The notes beneath the pieces are model-generated. The model was not told the DNA's origin, searched no databases, and was given only the letters and a program-made list of their open reading frames with translations. The position numbers were made by a program, and so were the translations under genes. A stretch of 64,000 nt of DNA, taken from the IMG/VR virus record IMGVR_UViG_3300049434_000014, positions 1 to 64,000 of that record; one strand, given 5' to 3'. This document shows, one piece after another, positions 19,907 through 29,389 of the stretch. How positions within the stretch are numbered: the first letter of the stretch is position 1; every line of letters begins with the position of its first letter. This stretch comes from a virus.

Positions 19907-20458
19907 ATGACTAGTTCACTAGCGTGGCGGGATCTTCCCGATCCGGTCGCTCTCATTCGGGATTGCTGGCCTCGCCCAGCTGCGCATTTCGAGATCGTGG
20001 TCGTGGGGATGCCTGCTCCACAGGGTTCCAAGGTTCCGATGGGTCGTAATAATGCTGGTCGGATCCTTATGCGGGAATCATCTAAGGCTGTGGCTCCGTG
20101 GCGGGAGTCTGTGGAGCGGGCAACCCTTCGTTTGATTTCACCGGATGGTGAGGGTCGTACGATTTATCCTGGTTTTCCGTTGAAGGGTCCGCTGGTTGCG
20201 GAGATGGTTTTCACCATGCCTAAGCCAGCGGCTGCTTCTAAGCGGAGACGGTCCTGGCCTGCAACAGCGCGAAATGACACCAGTAAGCTTACGAGATCTA
20301 CTGAAGACGCTTTGAAGATCGCTCAGGCGATTAAAGACGATGGACTGATTGTCGAGTACGTAAGGTTGGCCAAGGTCTTTCCTAGTGAAGATCGAGACGC
20401 GCTTGCCGTGACGGGCGCTGTGATTCGCATCTGGTCAGTGGATCTACTGACGGAATAG
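19907..20458 (+). CDS. rusA: RusA-family Holliday junction resolvase
   Basis: PAPQGSK; DTSKLTRSTEDAL...DD motif. Confidence 0.8.
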   Translation: MTSSLAWRDLPDPVALIRDCWPRPAAHFEIVVVGMPAPQGSKVPMGRNNAGRILMRESSKAVAPWRESVERATLRLISPDGEGRTIYPGFPLKGPLVAEMVFTMPKPAAASKRRRSWPATARNDTSKLTRSTEDALKIAQAIKDDGLIVEYVRLAKVFPSEDRDALAVTGAVIRIWSVDLLTE

Positions 20459-20485
20459 CTCGGGCGCCGGGTATGTTTGGAGTAG

Positions 20486-20562
20486 GCACGGTCGGTGTGT
20501 TCGACACCATTCGCTCCTTGATCCCGGCGAATTGGTAGTGACACATCGGCCGTGTTCTTTTT
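20486..20562 (+). terminator. long hairpin with U-tract upstream of recA
   Basis: GCACGGTCGGTGTGT/ACACATCGGCCGTGT stem followed by TCTTTTT. Confidence 0.55.
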
Positions 20563-20574
20563 GTAGGAGGAATT

Positions 20575-21846
20575 GTGGCGACTGCTACTCTTGATGATAT
20601 CCTCAGTAAAGCTTACGAAGATGCTGGTCTCGAAGAGGCTGACGTTTTATCGGATAAGGGCTACATTCCTTCAGGCAATCTTGCTCTCGACTTCATTCTG
20701 GGCGGGCAGGGGTTCCCTCGAGGCCGCTCCATTGAGCTTTACGGATTGTCCCAGTCTGGTAAGACAACTACGGCTGCGATGGTCGCTGCTCAAGCGCAGA
20801 AACTCGGGCTACGGGTTCTGTACCTAGACTTTGAGCAGGCACTGGATGAGCCGTATCTTAACGCGCTGGGCGTTAACACGCGGGATCGTCGGCTGTTCGT
20901 GCCCTTCCCTGCGTCCTCGCTCGAGCACGGCGCGGAGGTGGCGACTCAGGTGGCCAGGACGGGCGATGTGGGGCTGATCGTCTTTGACAGCGTGCCCGCC
21001 ATGGTTCCGCGTTCGTCTGCAGAAGAAGACAAGGACTCGCGGACGCTGGCGATGGAGCGGGCTCGGCTGTTGGGCAACCTGCTCGCCAAGCTCAATCCCA
21101 TTCTGGCTAAGACTGGCACGTGTGCCATTTTCATTAACCACATTCGTGATGTTATTGAGACTGGTCCTACGCGTCCTGGTATGCCTAAACGAACCACCAC
21201 TCCAGGTGGCACGGCGCTGAAGTTTTATTCATCGGTGCGTGTGAAGTTCTCTGTCGTGAAGACATGGAAAGCCGATCGTGAAGATCCGTTGACTGGTGAG
21301 AGAGTTTCTGATGCACACTCTGTCACTTCAAAGGCAGAGGTGACGAAGAATAAGCTTGCGGCTCCTTATCAGACTGCTGAGTTGTATTTGGTGTTGGGTA
21401 AGGGATTCAATCAGACGTGGTCTGCGATGCAGGTGTTGGTTGGGAACAAGGTTGTCAAGAAAGCCGGTGCTTACTTCCAGTTCCCACAAGATCTTTACCA
21501 TGCCAACATGACTACGGGCGCTAAGGGTCCGTCCATGCAGGGGTTGCAATCTGTACTTGATTTGGCTGAGTCTTTCCCGGAGTGGGGCGAGTTGTTGGTG
21601 TCTCGCGCTCTTGCTGTCTTGCCTTCGGAGAAGGTGACGATTGCTCTGCCGGATCTCGAGTCGGGTGGGGAGGTTCCTACTCCGTCTGATGAAGACATCA
21701 GCCTAGTTGGCGAACCTTCACCTCAGGAGCCTGTTGTCTCGGATCCCGAGCCAACGGTTCAGTTGCCTGTTCCTGCACCGCCCGTGGTGTCGGGGAATGG
21801 ACAGACAATTCGGTTCCTTCGTCCTCCTAGCGGTGTGAGCCGGTAG
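20575..21846 (+). CDS. recA: RecA recombinase with Pro-rich C-terminal extension
   Basis: ELYGLSQSGKTT, IVFDSV, IFINHIR, TTPGGTALKFYSSVR, KNK. Confidence 0.95.
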   Translation: MATATLDDILSKAYEDAGLEEADVLSDKGYIPSGNLALDFILGGQGFPRGRSIELYGLSQSGKTTTAAMVAAQAQKLGLRVLYLDFEQALDEPYLNALGVNTRDRRLFVPFPASSLEHGAEVATQVARTGDVGLIVFDSVPAMVPRSSAEEDKDSRTLAMERARLLGNLLAKLNPILAKTGTCAIFINHIRDVIETGPTRPGMPKRTTTPGGTALKFYSSVRVKFSVVKTWKADREDPLTGERVSDAHSVTSKAEVTKNKLAAPYQTAELYLVLGKGFNQTWSAMQVLVGNKVVKKAGAYFQFPQDLYHANMTTGAKGPSMQGLQSVLDLAESFPEWGELLVSRALAVLPSEKVTIALPDLESGGEVPTPSDEDISLVGEPSPQEPVVSDPEPTVQLPVPAPPVVSGNGQTIRFLRPPSGVSR

Positions 21847-21900
21847 GACTTGGTGTGGTTATGTTGAAGACAAGTAGTCTTCCCAACGAGAGAGGTTGCC

Positions 21901-23079
21901 GTGACTACTGCTGCTCTGCCTGACGTGATGAATCTGAGCGGTCGGGGTGCTCCCGTCACCGTTCAAGACATGCTTGATCGAGACAAACTGATTCCTGTGG
22001 AGCGTGGCATTCAGCTTCTGCAGACGACTGAGCCTCTGGCGTTTGTGGACTTCCAGACCGGTCCGTCACTTCGGTTCCGGCTCGAAGACGAGTGGAACAA
22101 AGATGTTGAAGGTATGCATGGTACTGAGCCTGTCGACGCGTGGGTGAACATTCAGCATGGTCAGAATGACGGAACTGAATACCGTCTCTCCCTTGATGCT
22201 GTTCGCGAGGCCACCAAGCAGTTTGGTATGTCTGCGAAGTACATTGAGAAGGCCCCCGGTTTCCTTACCGCTGATGCGCTGAACTACTGGTATCGCTCTG
22301 GTTTGGATAAGGAGCTTCGCCTGATGGTTGTTGGCGAGGATCAGCTCGGGATGGCGATCACTCGCGGGACGGTGCAGCCGTTCTCGAACCTTGATCTGCT
22401 CGAGCGGGCCATCGCGACGATCAACTCTCGTTATCCGGGTCTGGACATTTACCTGGATGCATCGAAGATGTCTCACTCGCTGCGTAAGACTTTCATGCAG
22501 CTTGTGGTTCCGGCACTCGGTCGCGAGATGAACGATACTGGCGAGGCAAATGATCAGTGGTGGGGCGGCGTTCAGCTTTCCAATAGCCTTACTGCTGAGA
22601 TCCAGACGGGCGTTAGTGGTTTCATGTATCGGATGTTGTGCACCAATGGCATGATCGATGTGTCGGCTTCAGCGGATTCGTGGTCTCGACGCTCTGGCGG
22701 ACAGGAATCCGAAGAGGTTTACGCGTGGGCACAGGAAGCTGTCGATAATGTTCTCGGCGGCCTGGAGTCCTCTTTCGATCAGGTACAGGCTCTGACTAAT
22801 ATGCCACTCGAAGGCGAGGTTGGGGCTGCGGCTCGCGACGTTTTCGAGCAGCACCGGGTGCCGATGCGGGCTCGGGAGCGCATCATCAATGAGCTTGTCG
22901 AGACTGACAACCTCACGATGTACGGATTGATGAATGCAATCACCGCTGCAGCGAATGGTGATGTTCGTCCCGAGGAGCAGCAGTTGCTGATGTCGGTCGG
23001 CGGCGAGATCGTTCAGCACGCTGAGCGTTGCGATGCTTGCCATCGCATTTTGCCTGAGGGTCTGGTCATCTCCGAGTAA
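21901..23079 (+). CDS. DUF932-like protein
   Basis: LSNS...YRMLCTNGMI and TMYGLMNAIT motifs. Confidence 0.6.
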   Translation: MTTAALPDVMNLSGRGAPVTVQDMLDRDKLIPVERGIQLLQTTEPLAFVDFQTGPSLRFRLEDEWNKDVEGMHGTEPVDAWVNIQHGQNDGTEYRLSLDAVREATKQFGMSAKYIEKAPGFLTADALNYWYRSGLDKELRLMVVGEDQLGMAITRGTVQPFSNLDLLERAIATINSRYPGLDIYLDASKMSHSLRKTFMQLVVPALGREMNDTGEANDQWWGGVQLSNSLTAEIQTGVSGFMYRMLCTNGMIDVSASADSWSRRSGGQESEEVYAWAQEAVDNVLGGLESSFDQVQALTNMPLEGEVGAAARDVFEQHRVPMRARERIINELVETDNLTMYGLMNAITAAANGDVRPEEQQLLMSVGGEIVQHAERCDACHRILPEGLVISE

Positions 23080-23094
23080 TACATGTCAGTTCCC

Positions 23095-23130
23095 AACAGG
23101 GAGCATGCCCTTCCGGGTGTGCTCCCTGTT
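23095..23130 (+). terminator. 16-bp hairpin after DUF932-like gene
   Basis: AACAGGGAGCATGCCC-TTCC-GGGTGTGCTCCCTGTT. Confidence 0.65.
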
Positions 23131-23430
23131 GCTATTCCTGGGTAGGACTGATCTGACTTGGAAAATTGAAGGGGGATGAAGTCTTGAGTAATGACTCCAG
23201 TTCCGTGGGGCGAGGAGAGGTTGCAGTTAATGATATGCGTGCACGGATTGAAGCAGGATGGACCTTTGATCAGCTTTGGGACCGCTTTGCGTTTGCTGTG
23301 GCTGGAGCGGGGTTTACGTACGACTACGCATGCACTCGATTGGAGACTCATTCTGAAGTCGACAATTTCGACACCGCATACCAAGTTGCTTGAGCATCGT
23401 CTTCATGTAATAGAGATTGATTAAGGAAGG

Positions 23431-24228
23431 GTGATTGTGAACTGGCCCCGGTTGCGCGAACGAGCACCGTGGATCGCTCGCGATGTGTTGTGGGGCGGGC
23501 AGGGTGTCGTCCTCACCACCGTGAGTGCGTATTACTCGCTGAAGTGGGCGCTGGCGCACGGGTTTCCTTCGGTGATAGCGGGATCGCTGTTCGTGGCTCT
23601 GGAGCTGTCTGCTCTGTTGGGCCTGGTGGTGACGGCGCACCCTCGTGATCAGCGCGCTCACGGGCATGCTGTGGCTTTGGTGATCGGGTCTGCTGCGTTG
23701 GCTGCAATCGTCAACGGGCTGCAGCACGCTATGGATCGTGGATTGGTTTCTGTAACCACTCCAGGTGTCCTTCTCACGGGATCGGTAGTACCGATCATGC
23801 TCGCTTGGTCATCGCACGTTGCTCGTGGGATGGCTTCTCGACCTAGTCGCGAACAGGCGAGTGTTTTAGAACCGGTGGTGTTGGATTCTCAGCCGATTTT
23901 TCCTGAGGTTGTACTTGCCGAGTCAATCTCTGTCGGATCTGATGTCCCGCTGTTTCCCACCGTTTCTGCTCCGGAGCCAACTCCCGTAGATAAGATCGAG
24001 ACTTCAAATGAGGAGATGTCTCCAGCGGAGTATCTGCTCAATGCGTGGCGTTTCGGTAGGAGAGTTGAAGCACAAGAGCTTTACGCTCAATTCCCGAATC
24101 GGAGACGAGAATCACTGAGATCGGTGATGTCTACCACGCGGAAGAAGAACCCCGAGCTGGAGCCTCCGGTTCGGATCGTAAAGGAGGGCCAGAATGGCAG
24201 GGACGCAGAGCGCGGGCAAGCTGGCTGA
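23431..24228 (+). CDS. DUF2637/Spd-like multi-TM spread protein
   Basis: Four N-terminal TM helices (S.....A...G, AAIVNGLQH, VVPIML), Pro-rich linker; directly upstream of traA/traB-like genes. Confidence 0.55.
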   Translation: MIVNWPRLRERAPWIARDVLWGGQGVVLTTVSAYYSLKWALAHGFPSVIAGSLFVALELSALLGLVVTAHPRDQRAHGHAVALVIGSAALAAIVNGLQHAMDRGLVSVTTPGVLLTGSVVPIMLAWSSHVARGMASRPSREQASVLEPVVLDSQPIFPEVVLAESISVGSDVPLFPTVSAPEPTPVDKIETSNEEMSPAEYLLNAWRFGRRVEAQELYAQFPNRRRESLRSVMSTTRKKNPELEPPVRIVKEGQNGRDAERGQAG

Positions 24229-24622
24229 GATTGGCCAGTTTGACTTCATGGAGGAAGACGACTACCGAAACTGGACTAAGGCTGTCCTCGACTTGCAGAA
24301 GAATCTCATACGAGAGTTGGAGATTTCTCGTATGAACTTGAAGAGTCTTCTGGAGCACACTCCCACCGCTACTGATGGTAAGTCCATCAAGAATATCGGT
24401 GCGAGTAAGCGTGCTGCGCGGGCGACTGATGCGAAGTTGGGTCGTGCGTCTCAGGCCATGGCTACGTCGATGGGCCAGATCCGGGGTGCGTTTGCTGCTT
24501 TCGAGAAGAACTACCTCGGTGAGGTGCCTGCAGCTAAGGGTGGTAGCGCTAATCAGGGTATGCGCCTGAATCGCAATCAGCGTACGCGACGTACCTCCAC
24601 CAATTCGAATTCCACTCCGTAG
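24194..24622 (+). CDS. actinomycete plasmid TraA-like protein
   Basis: F..EDD.R.W...L..ELE....L..LL; RAAR....KL.RA...A.F...Y pattern; upstream of traB. Confidence 0.6.
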   Translation: MAGTQSAGKLAEIGQFDFMEEDDYRNWTKAVLDLQKNLIRELEISRMNLKSLLEHTPTATDGKSIKNIGASKRAARATDAKLGRASQAMATSMGQIRGAFAAFEKNYLGEVPAAKGGSANQGMRLNRNQRTRRTSTNSNSTP

Positions 24623-24648
24623 TACTAGAGAAAGGTATGTGAGCAGCA

Positions 24649-26925
24649 GTGGGCCAGACGGCAAGTAAGATTCGGTCGGGTGCGTCAGCGGCTCGGTCGA
24701 GGCGTAAGTCTGCGTCTACTGCTGCGCATACCGAAGCACAGAATGCACTGTATGTGGCCCCGTGGGCTGTGTTGGTGCTGATCGGGATCCTCGGGTCGAT
24801 CCTGCATGTGATGTGGGGCGGTTCGTCGTGGGAGTTGCTGGCTGATCTCGGGATGGCCCTTGCGACTGCCTGTGTGGCCTACGCCGGGTATCTAAACACT
24901 CGGGCGCGTACTTCTCTCGCCTTGGGTCATACGATGGCTACGATCGTTCTGACGGGCGGTTGGCTGATTCTGTGCTCAGCTACGGGTCTGGTGCATCTTG
25001 AGGCGGTGTCGTGGGCGTGGTGGCGGATGCCGATGCCCTCGCGTCCTACGCTTGATCTGTACGTGTTGGGCGGCATCTCGCTGTGCGTGGCTTGGAATAT
25101 GCGCCAGGGTGTGCACGCCAAGGAGGCTAGGGACCGCGCCGCGCTCGGTGATGTGATGGACGAATGGGGCGAGGCCGGCCATCCGGGTGTGCGCGGCAAG
25201 CTGAAGAACAAGAATGAGTACTTTGACGAGGGCACGCTAATCATACCTCGTGGCGATACTTTGCAATCATTGCAGAGCAGCATTAAAGCTATTGAGTCCG
25301 CTCACGATTGGCCTCCAGGTTCTCTTACCTTGCTTCCTAAGGGGCGCGGGGTGTCGTCTCGGTTGGTGACGGCTCGTAGGATGAAGCGTGACCCGCTAGC
25401 TGACGCTGTGCACTGGACTGGTGTAGAGACGAAGCCTAAGCTCAATTTGTTTAGTCCCATTAAAGAAGGGATGCGAGCTGACGGCGTTGTCTCTGAGCTT
25501 TACGTTGCGACGTCTACTGGTACGAAGCACTGGCTTGTTCAGGGAATGAGTGGTTCCGGTAAGACTTCTGGACAGGCTCCAATACTTCTCGAGTGCGCGA
25601 ATCGCGGAGCTGTCCAGATCGTTCTGGATACTGTTTCTGCTATTCAGATGTTCGGCTCGCTGGCTCCTGCTCTGCAGTGGTTGATCCCCGACAACGGGTT
25701 GGCCAACGCGGTGCTTAAGCGACTGGCTGATGTGGTGTTGACGGCACGGATGGAGCAGCTGGCTCGTGAGCGCAAGATGGTCTGGGATCCGTCTTCGAGT
25801 TTGAAGCTGTTGCGGATCCACATTGAGGAGGCGTGGGATCTTCTTGATGCTGATGAGCTGATGGCTATCGCGGTGACGGCTCGTAAGGCTGGTGTGCAGC
25901 TTCTCATCTCGCTGCAGCGCGCTTCGCACGATCAGCTGAACACGACGGTTCGTGAGCAGTTGGGTACGCGGTTGTGTTACGGGTTGGGCGGTCAGTTCGG
26001 AACGATGATCCTCGATGATGAGGTTCTTGATGCTGGCGCTAATCCGGTGCAGTGGAAAGACGAGCAGCCTGGGATGCATTATCTGACTCGCGGCGGTTTG
26101 TCGATCTCGGAGAAGGCAACGCCTACGCGTTCGTTCTTTGATGGTGGCAGGGTGAAGTTTGCTGACGTCGCGGAACAGGTCGCACCACGCATCTCTGAGA
26201 TGGATGAGATTACGGCTAACGCGTTCGGTCAGTTGTGGGTGCAGCGGATTGCTCCGGTGGATCTGGTTGCACAAGCTCAGGGTGTTCCGGCTCCACGGAG
26301 CAGCAGCGGATTGCTTGTGCCAGCGTCGGCTGTTGCTGCGCCTACCCCAACGCATCCGGCTCGCCAGATGGCCACGGTGGGTGTTGCTGGTGGTGCAGCT
26401 TTGCGGGTTGTCTCAGCGATGCTTGATGACGATGATCCGGATGACGTTGATCCGGATGGCGTTGATGGTGTGGACCTTACGGGTATTAATGATGAGATTG
26501 ATGAACTAGGTGAGGAGGAATTGACGGTGTGCATTAGTCAAGATGGGAGGGTGGTGACGTTCTCGGGCGACGGGCTCCCTGATGAGCACATCGTTTATAC
26601 CGATATCCTTCCTGCTGAAGACGAGGATGCTGAGTTTGACGATCCTGATCTCCCGATCTCGGATCGTCCTGATGGGCGTCCTCCGCTGAAGTTGGGTGAT
26701 GGTACGAAGATCCCACGTGAGCATTTGACGCTTGCGATGGAGCAGAAGCTCGCGGAGATACTTGCTTCAAGTCAGTCAATCATTAATGGTACTGACTTCA
26801 TCGATGTCATCACTGCGTCCGGGTGGGCACGTTCGAATATGTATAAGTACTTCGAGCAGTGGACGCAAGAAGCGAAGTTGCACAAGCTCGGTGATAACAG
26901 CGGATGGTTGATTGTTCGTAGCTAG
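24649..26925 (+). CDS. traB: TraB-like FtsK/SpoIIIE-family DNA translocase (Streptomyces plasmid type)
   Basis: N-terminal TM helices ending DLYVLGGISLCVAWNMR; Walker A GMSGSGKT; Walker B IHIEEA; RKAG..L.ISLQR; acidic linker; C-terminal wHTH-like region. Confidence 0.85.
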   Translation: MGQTASKIRSGASAARSRRKSASTAAHTEAQNALYVAPWAVLVLIGILGSILHVMWGGSSWELLADLGMALATACVAYAGYLNTRARTSLALGHTMATIVLTGGWLILCSATGLVHLEAVSWAWWRMPMPSRPTLDLYVLGGISLCVAWNMRQGVHAKEARDRAALGDVMDEWGEAGHPGVRGKLKNKNEYFDEGTLIIPRGDTLQSLQSSIKAIESAHDWPPGSLTLLPKGRGVSSRLVTARRMKRDPLADAVHWTGVETKPKLNLFSPIKEGMRADGVVSELYVATSTGTKHWLVQGMSGSGKTSGQAPILLECANRGAVQIVLDTVSAIQMFGSLAPALQWLIPDNGLANAVLKRLADVVLTARMEQLARERKMVWDPSSSLKLLRIHIEEAWDLLDADELMAIAVTARKAGVQLLISLQRASHDQLNTTVREQLGTRLCYGLGGQFGTMILDDEVLDAGANPVQWKDEQPGMHYLTRGGLSISEKATPTRSFFDGGRVKFADVAEQVAPRISEMDEITANAFGQLWVQRIAPVDLVAQAQGVPAPRSSSGLLVPASAVAAPTPTHPARQMATVGVAGGAALRVVSAMLDDDDPDDVDPDGVDGVDLTGINDEIDELGEEELTVCISQDGRVVTFSGDGLPDEHIVYTDILPAEDEDAEFDDPDLPISDRPDGRPPLKLGDGTKIPREHLTLAMEQKLAEILASSQSIINGTDFIDVITASGWARSNMYKYFEQWTQEAKLHKLGDNSGWLIVRS

Positions 26926-26938
26926 TTTTCCAAACGAA

Positions 26939-26970
26939 AGCCGGACATGGGGCGGTTGACCTGTCCGGCT
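26939..26970 (+). terminator. hairpin after traB
   Basis: AGCCGGACA...TGTCCGGCT. Confidence 0.5.
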
Positions 26971-27117
26971 ATCGTCTGTCAAGGCGCTTGCATGAACGTG
27001 CAAACAGATCATGAATCGGGAGCTGTGACAGTAACAATCAGGGTTTGAGTGGGTGGGTAGGAATTGGTGTGTATCCGGTATGACTACGTCGCTATTCCAT
27101 CCTCCCTAGGAGTTTTC

Positions 27118-27237
27118 ATGTTAACTCAAATTCTCTCTGTCGCCACGTACGTCCTCCCTCTCGGGACAGCTGTTTGCCAGTGTGTTGCTGCCTGGCTTCG
27201 ACGTTCTGATAGGCCGAAGAAACGGGTAGTACGGTGA
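27118..27237 (+). CDS. 39-aa hydrophobic peptide
   Basis: TAGGAG RBS; MLTQILSVATYVLPLGTAVCQCVAAWLRRSDRPKKRVVR. Confidence 0.45.
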   Translation: MLTQILSVATYVLPLGTAVCQCVAAWLRRSDRPKKRVVR

Positions 27238-27846
27238 GTGACGAAACCTAAGCCTTTTGATACCTCTTTGTGCGGTACCCACTCAGGTGCTAAACGACAC
27301 TATCGGTTTGGACAGAAACCTTGTGATCCTTGTCGTGTAGCACATAACGAATATACACGTAAGCACATGTCTTCTAAGACTGTAAATATTAGATCTAAGA
27401 GATGTTGTACCTGTGAAAAGATGAAGTTGATTGATCAATTTACACTTCGTCGTGATGTTTATACTAGTACTTGTATAGAGTGTTCTGATAAGAGTAAGGT
27501 TGGTAGTAGAGCACGTTGGTTACTAAAACGATATGGCCTTACTGAGGAAGAGTTTGAGGATATTTTAATTGCTCAAGACTATAAATGCGGTTTGTGTAGA
27601 CGTGCGTTTTCTGAAGACTTCAAGCCTCATGTTGATCATGATCATCGCACTTTAGTGGTTCGTGGCGCTCTGTGCGCGGGCTGCAACAGTGCTCTTGGTC
27701 GTTTGGGAGATGATGAGGCTGGTCTTCAAGCAGCACTTGATTATGTACTTTTTTCTGTACGAGGTCGCTTAATAAACCCGTCTGTGACGGCGTCTAGTTT
27801 CGCTCTGTCACCCCTAGTCGAGGGTTGTGACAGCGTGACAACGTGA
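27238..27846 (+). CDS. endonuclease VII-domain protein (homing-endonuclease-like)
   Basis: YGLT..EF...Q...C..C; HVDHDH...VRGALCAGCN..LG; AT-richer than neighbours. Confidence 0.85.
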   Translation: MTKPKPFDTSLCGTHSGAKRHYRFGQKPCDPCRVAHNEYTRKHMSSKTVNIRSKRCCTCEKMKLIDQFTLRRDVYTSTCIECSDKSKVGSRARWLLKRYGLTEEEFEDILIAQDYKCGLCRRAFSEDFKPHVDHDHRTLVVRGALCAGCNSALGRLGDDEAGLQAALDYVLFSVRGRLINPSVTASSFALSPLVEGCDSVTT

Positions 27847-28028
27847 TCTTGTTTCGCGTCTCGTCAAAGATCATGCTGTCATGACAAGTTTGATCTTGTG
27901 ACAGCCTGTCATAGGGCCTCTGACCTGCGTGTGACACCGTGACAGCAAAGTAGCGCTGTCACGGCGGGATATCGCCTTGACCTGGGAGACTAAATCTGTC
28001 ACGGCCAGGGCGCCACAGGCTCTGACAG
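27783..28028. repeat. cluster of ~13 TGACA/TGACG-core (YGTGACAN-type) repeats in both orientations
   Basis: Copies at 27783, 27805, 27826, 27834, 27876 (palindromic pair), 27897, 27906, 27930, 27938, 27956, 27996, 28022. Confidence 0.8.
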
Positions 28029-28105
28029 TTGCGCTAAGAGGGGCGGTAGGACGATGCAGGCCGCTGCATGGCGGCTGCCGCCAGCTGGAGGGCTGTGACG
28101 CTGAA

Positions 28106-28978
28106 ATGATGGGCCGCACGCATGTGAAGTTCGGTGCCGTGCTGGCTCTGGGCGTCGCAGCGGCGGCGTCTCAGGTAGCGGGTGTGCTGTATGCACCAGA
28201 TATATTACTGGCTGTGTGCGAGGCGTCTGGCTTCGCTCTGCTGCCTGACATTGACTCGCGCAGCGCGCTGGCCACCAAGGCTTTCCCTCCTGTGACGCTG
28301 CCGCTGCATCATATTGTGACATGGATTCATCGCATGATTTATGCTGCGACTCGACGTGCTCACGATGAGCCGTCACGCACGGGCGGTCGGCTGAAGCCTC
28401 GGGTGAAGCGTGTTTTCGGATCGGCTCGAGTCGCTCAGGCTGTGTTTGGCGTCTCGCGCGGGTGGCGGTCTGCGCATCGCGGTATCACGCACTCGATCAT
28501 AACAGCATTCATTTGCTCAGCAGTATTGGTCGGACTGTCCTACTTCAGTCCGTGGCTACCGGTTGTGGTCATTCTCGCGGGCGTGCTGTTAGGGGGTGCT
28601 CTGGTATTTGCCGTACCGATCTTGATTATATATTCGATTGCTGCACTGGTGTCGTTTGGTTATGAGGGCATCCTTCCGCATTTAGTAGACATGGCTCCGT
28701 TGTGGGGATCGGCCATGTTCATTGGTTTGGTGTCTCACGATCTCGGTGATGGTTGTACGACGCACGGTGCTCCGCTTTGGGCACCTATCACTTGGGAGGA
28801 CTATCGCGCACCGATGCATTTCGGGACAAACGATTGGTTCGAGAAGAACGTCCTGAAGTGGATCTTTTACGTGATGATGGCTTACTTTATCGGTGTGCTT
28901 GTCTCGACGTGGTACCCCGATCTCCTGCCCGCCATCCTGCGTCTGGTGGTCGGCTTGCTGAGCGGGTTCACCGGGTAG
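28106..28978 (+). CDS. YdjM/DUF457-like membrane metal-dependent hydrolase
   Basis: MMGRTH, LLPDID, HRGITHS, SHDLGD..T..GAPL motifs. Confidence 0.85.
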   Translation: MMGRTHVKFGAVLALGVAAAASQVAGVLYAPDILLAVCEASGFALLPDIDSRSALATKAFPPVTLPLHHIVTWIHRMIYAATRRAHDEPSRTGGRLKPRVKRVFGSARVAQAVFGVSRGWRSAHRGITHSIITAFICSAVLVGLSYFSPWLPVVVILAGVLLGGALVFAVPILIIYSIAALVSFGYEGILPHLVDMAPLWGSAMFIGLVSHDLGDGCTTHGAPLWAPITWEDYRAPMHFGTNDWFEKNVLKWIFYVMMAYFIGVLVSTWYPDLLPAILRLVVGLLSGFTG

Positions 28979-29002
28979 GACTAGCTAACGTGATTCATTA
29001 GA

Positions 29003-29203
29003 ATGGAGTATGACATGGGTCTACCAACAGTTTTGTTTCTGATTTTCATGGTGCTCAAGTTGACGCATACCATCACGTGGTCGTGGTGGTGGGTATTCGC
29101 TCCCGTCCTCATCGACGCCGGGATAGGTTTCGTGCTCATCACGTTCCGGGTGGAGATTCTTGCTTGGATGAGGCGTCGCGTGACTCAAAAGTGGCGGCCG
29201 TGA
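29003..29203 (+). CDS. small membrane protein (LKL...I.WSWWWV..P family)
   Basis: Trp-rich TM motif. Confidence 0.7.
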   Translation: MEYDMGLPTVLFLIFMVLKLTHTITWSWWWVFAPVLIDAGIGFVLITFRVEILAWMRRRVTQKWRP

Positions 29204-29367
29204 TGGGAGGGATGGCAGCGCTTATGCTGCTGTTCGTCTGGCTCAAGGTTGGACACGTGTTCGACCTGTCTTGGTGGTGGATCTTGACTCCACCTCTGGT
29301 GTGTCTAGCTGATGGTTTCTGGACTGGGATGTTCGATGAGTGGAATAAGTCCAGGTACCGGCTCTAG
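29203..29367 (+). CDS. small membrane protein, paralogue of upstream gene
   Basis: LKVGHVFDLSWWWILTP. Confidence 0.6.
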   Translation: MGGMAALMLLFVWLKVGHVFDLSWWWILTPPLVCLADGFWTGMFDEWNKSRYRL

Positions 29368-29389
29368 TAAAGATTCATGGTCTGCAGAC

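Noticed and set aside
23083-23424. Small ORFs upstream of the spd-like gene
   Set aside because: 23083-23145 coincides with a hairpin; 23166-23393 and 23191-23424 overlap and neither can be chosen from sequence alone
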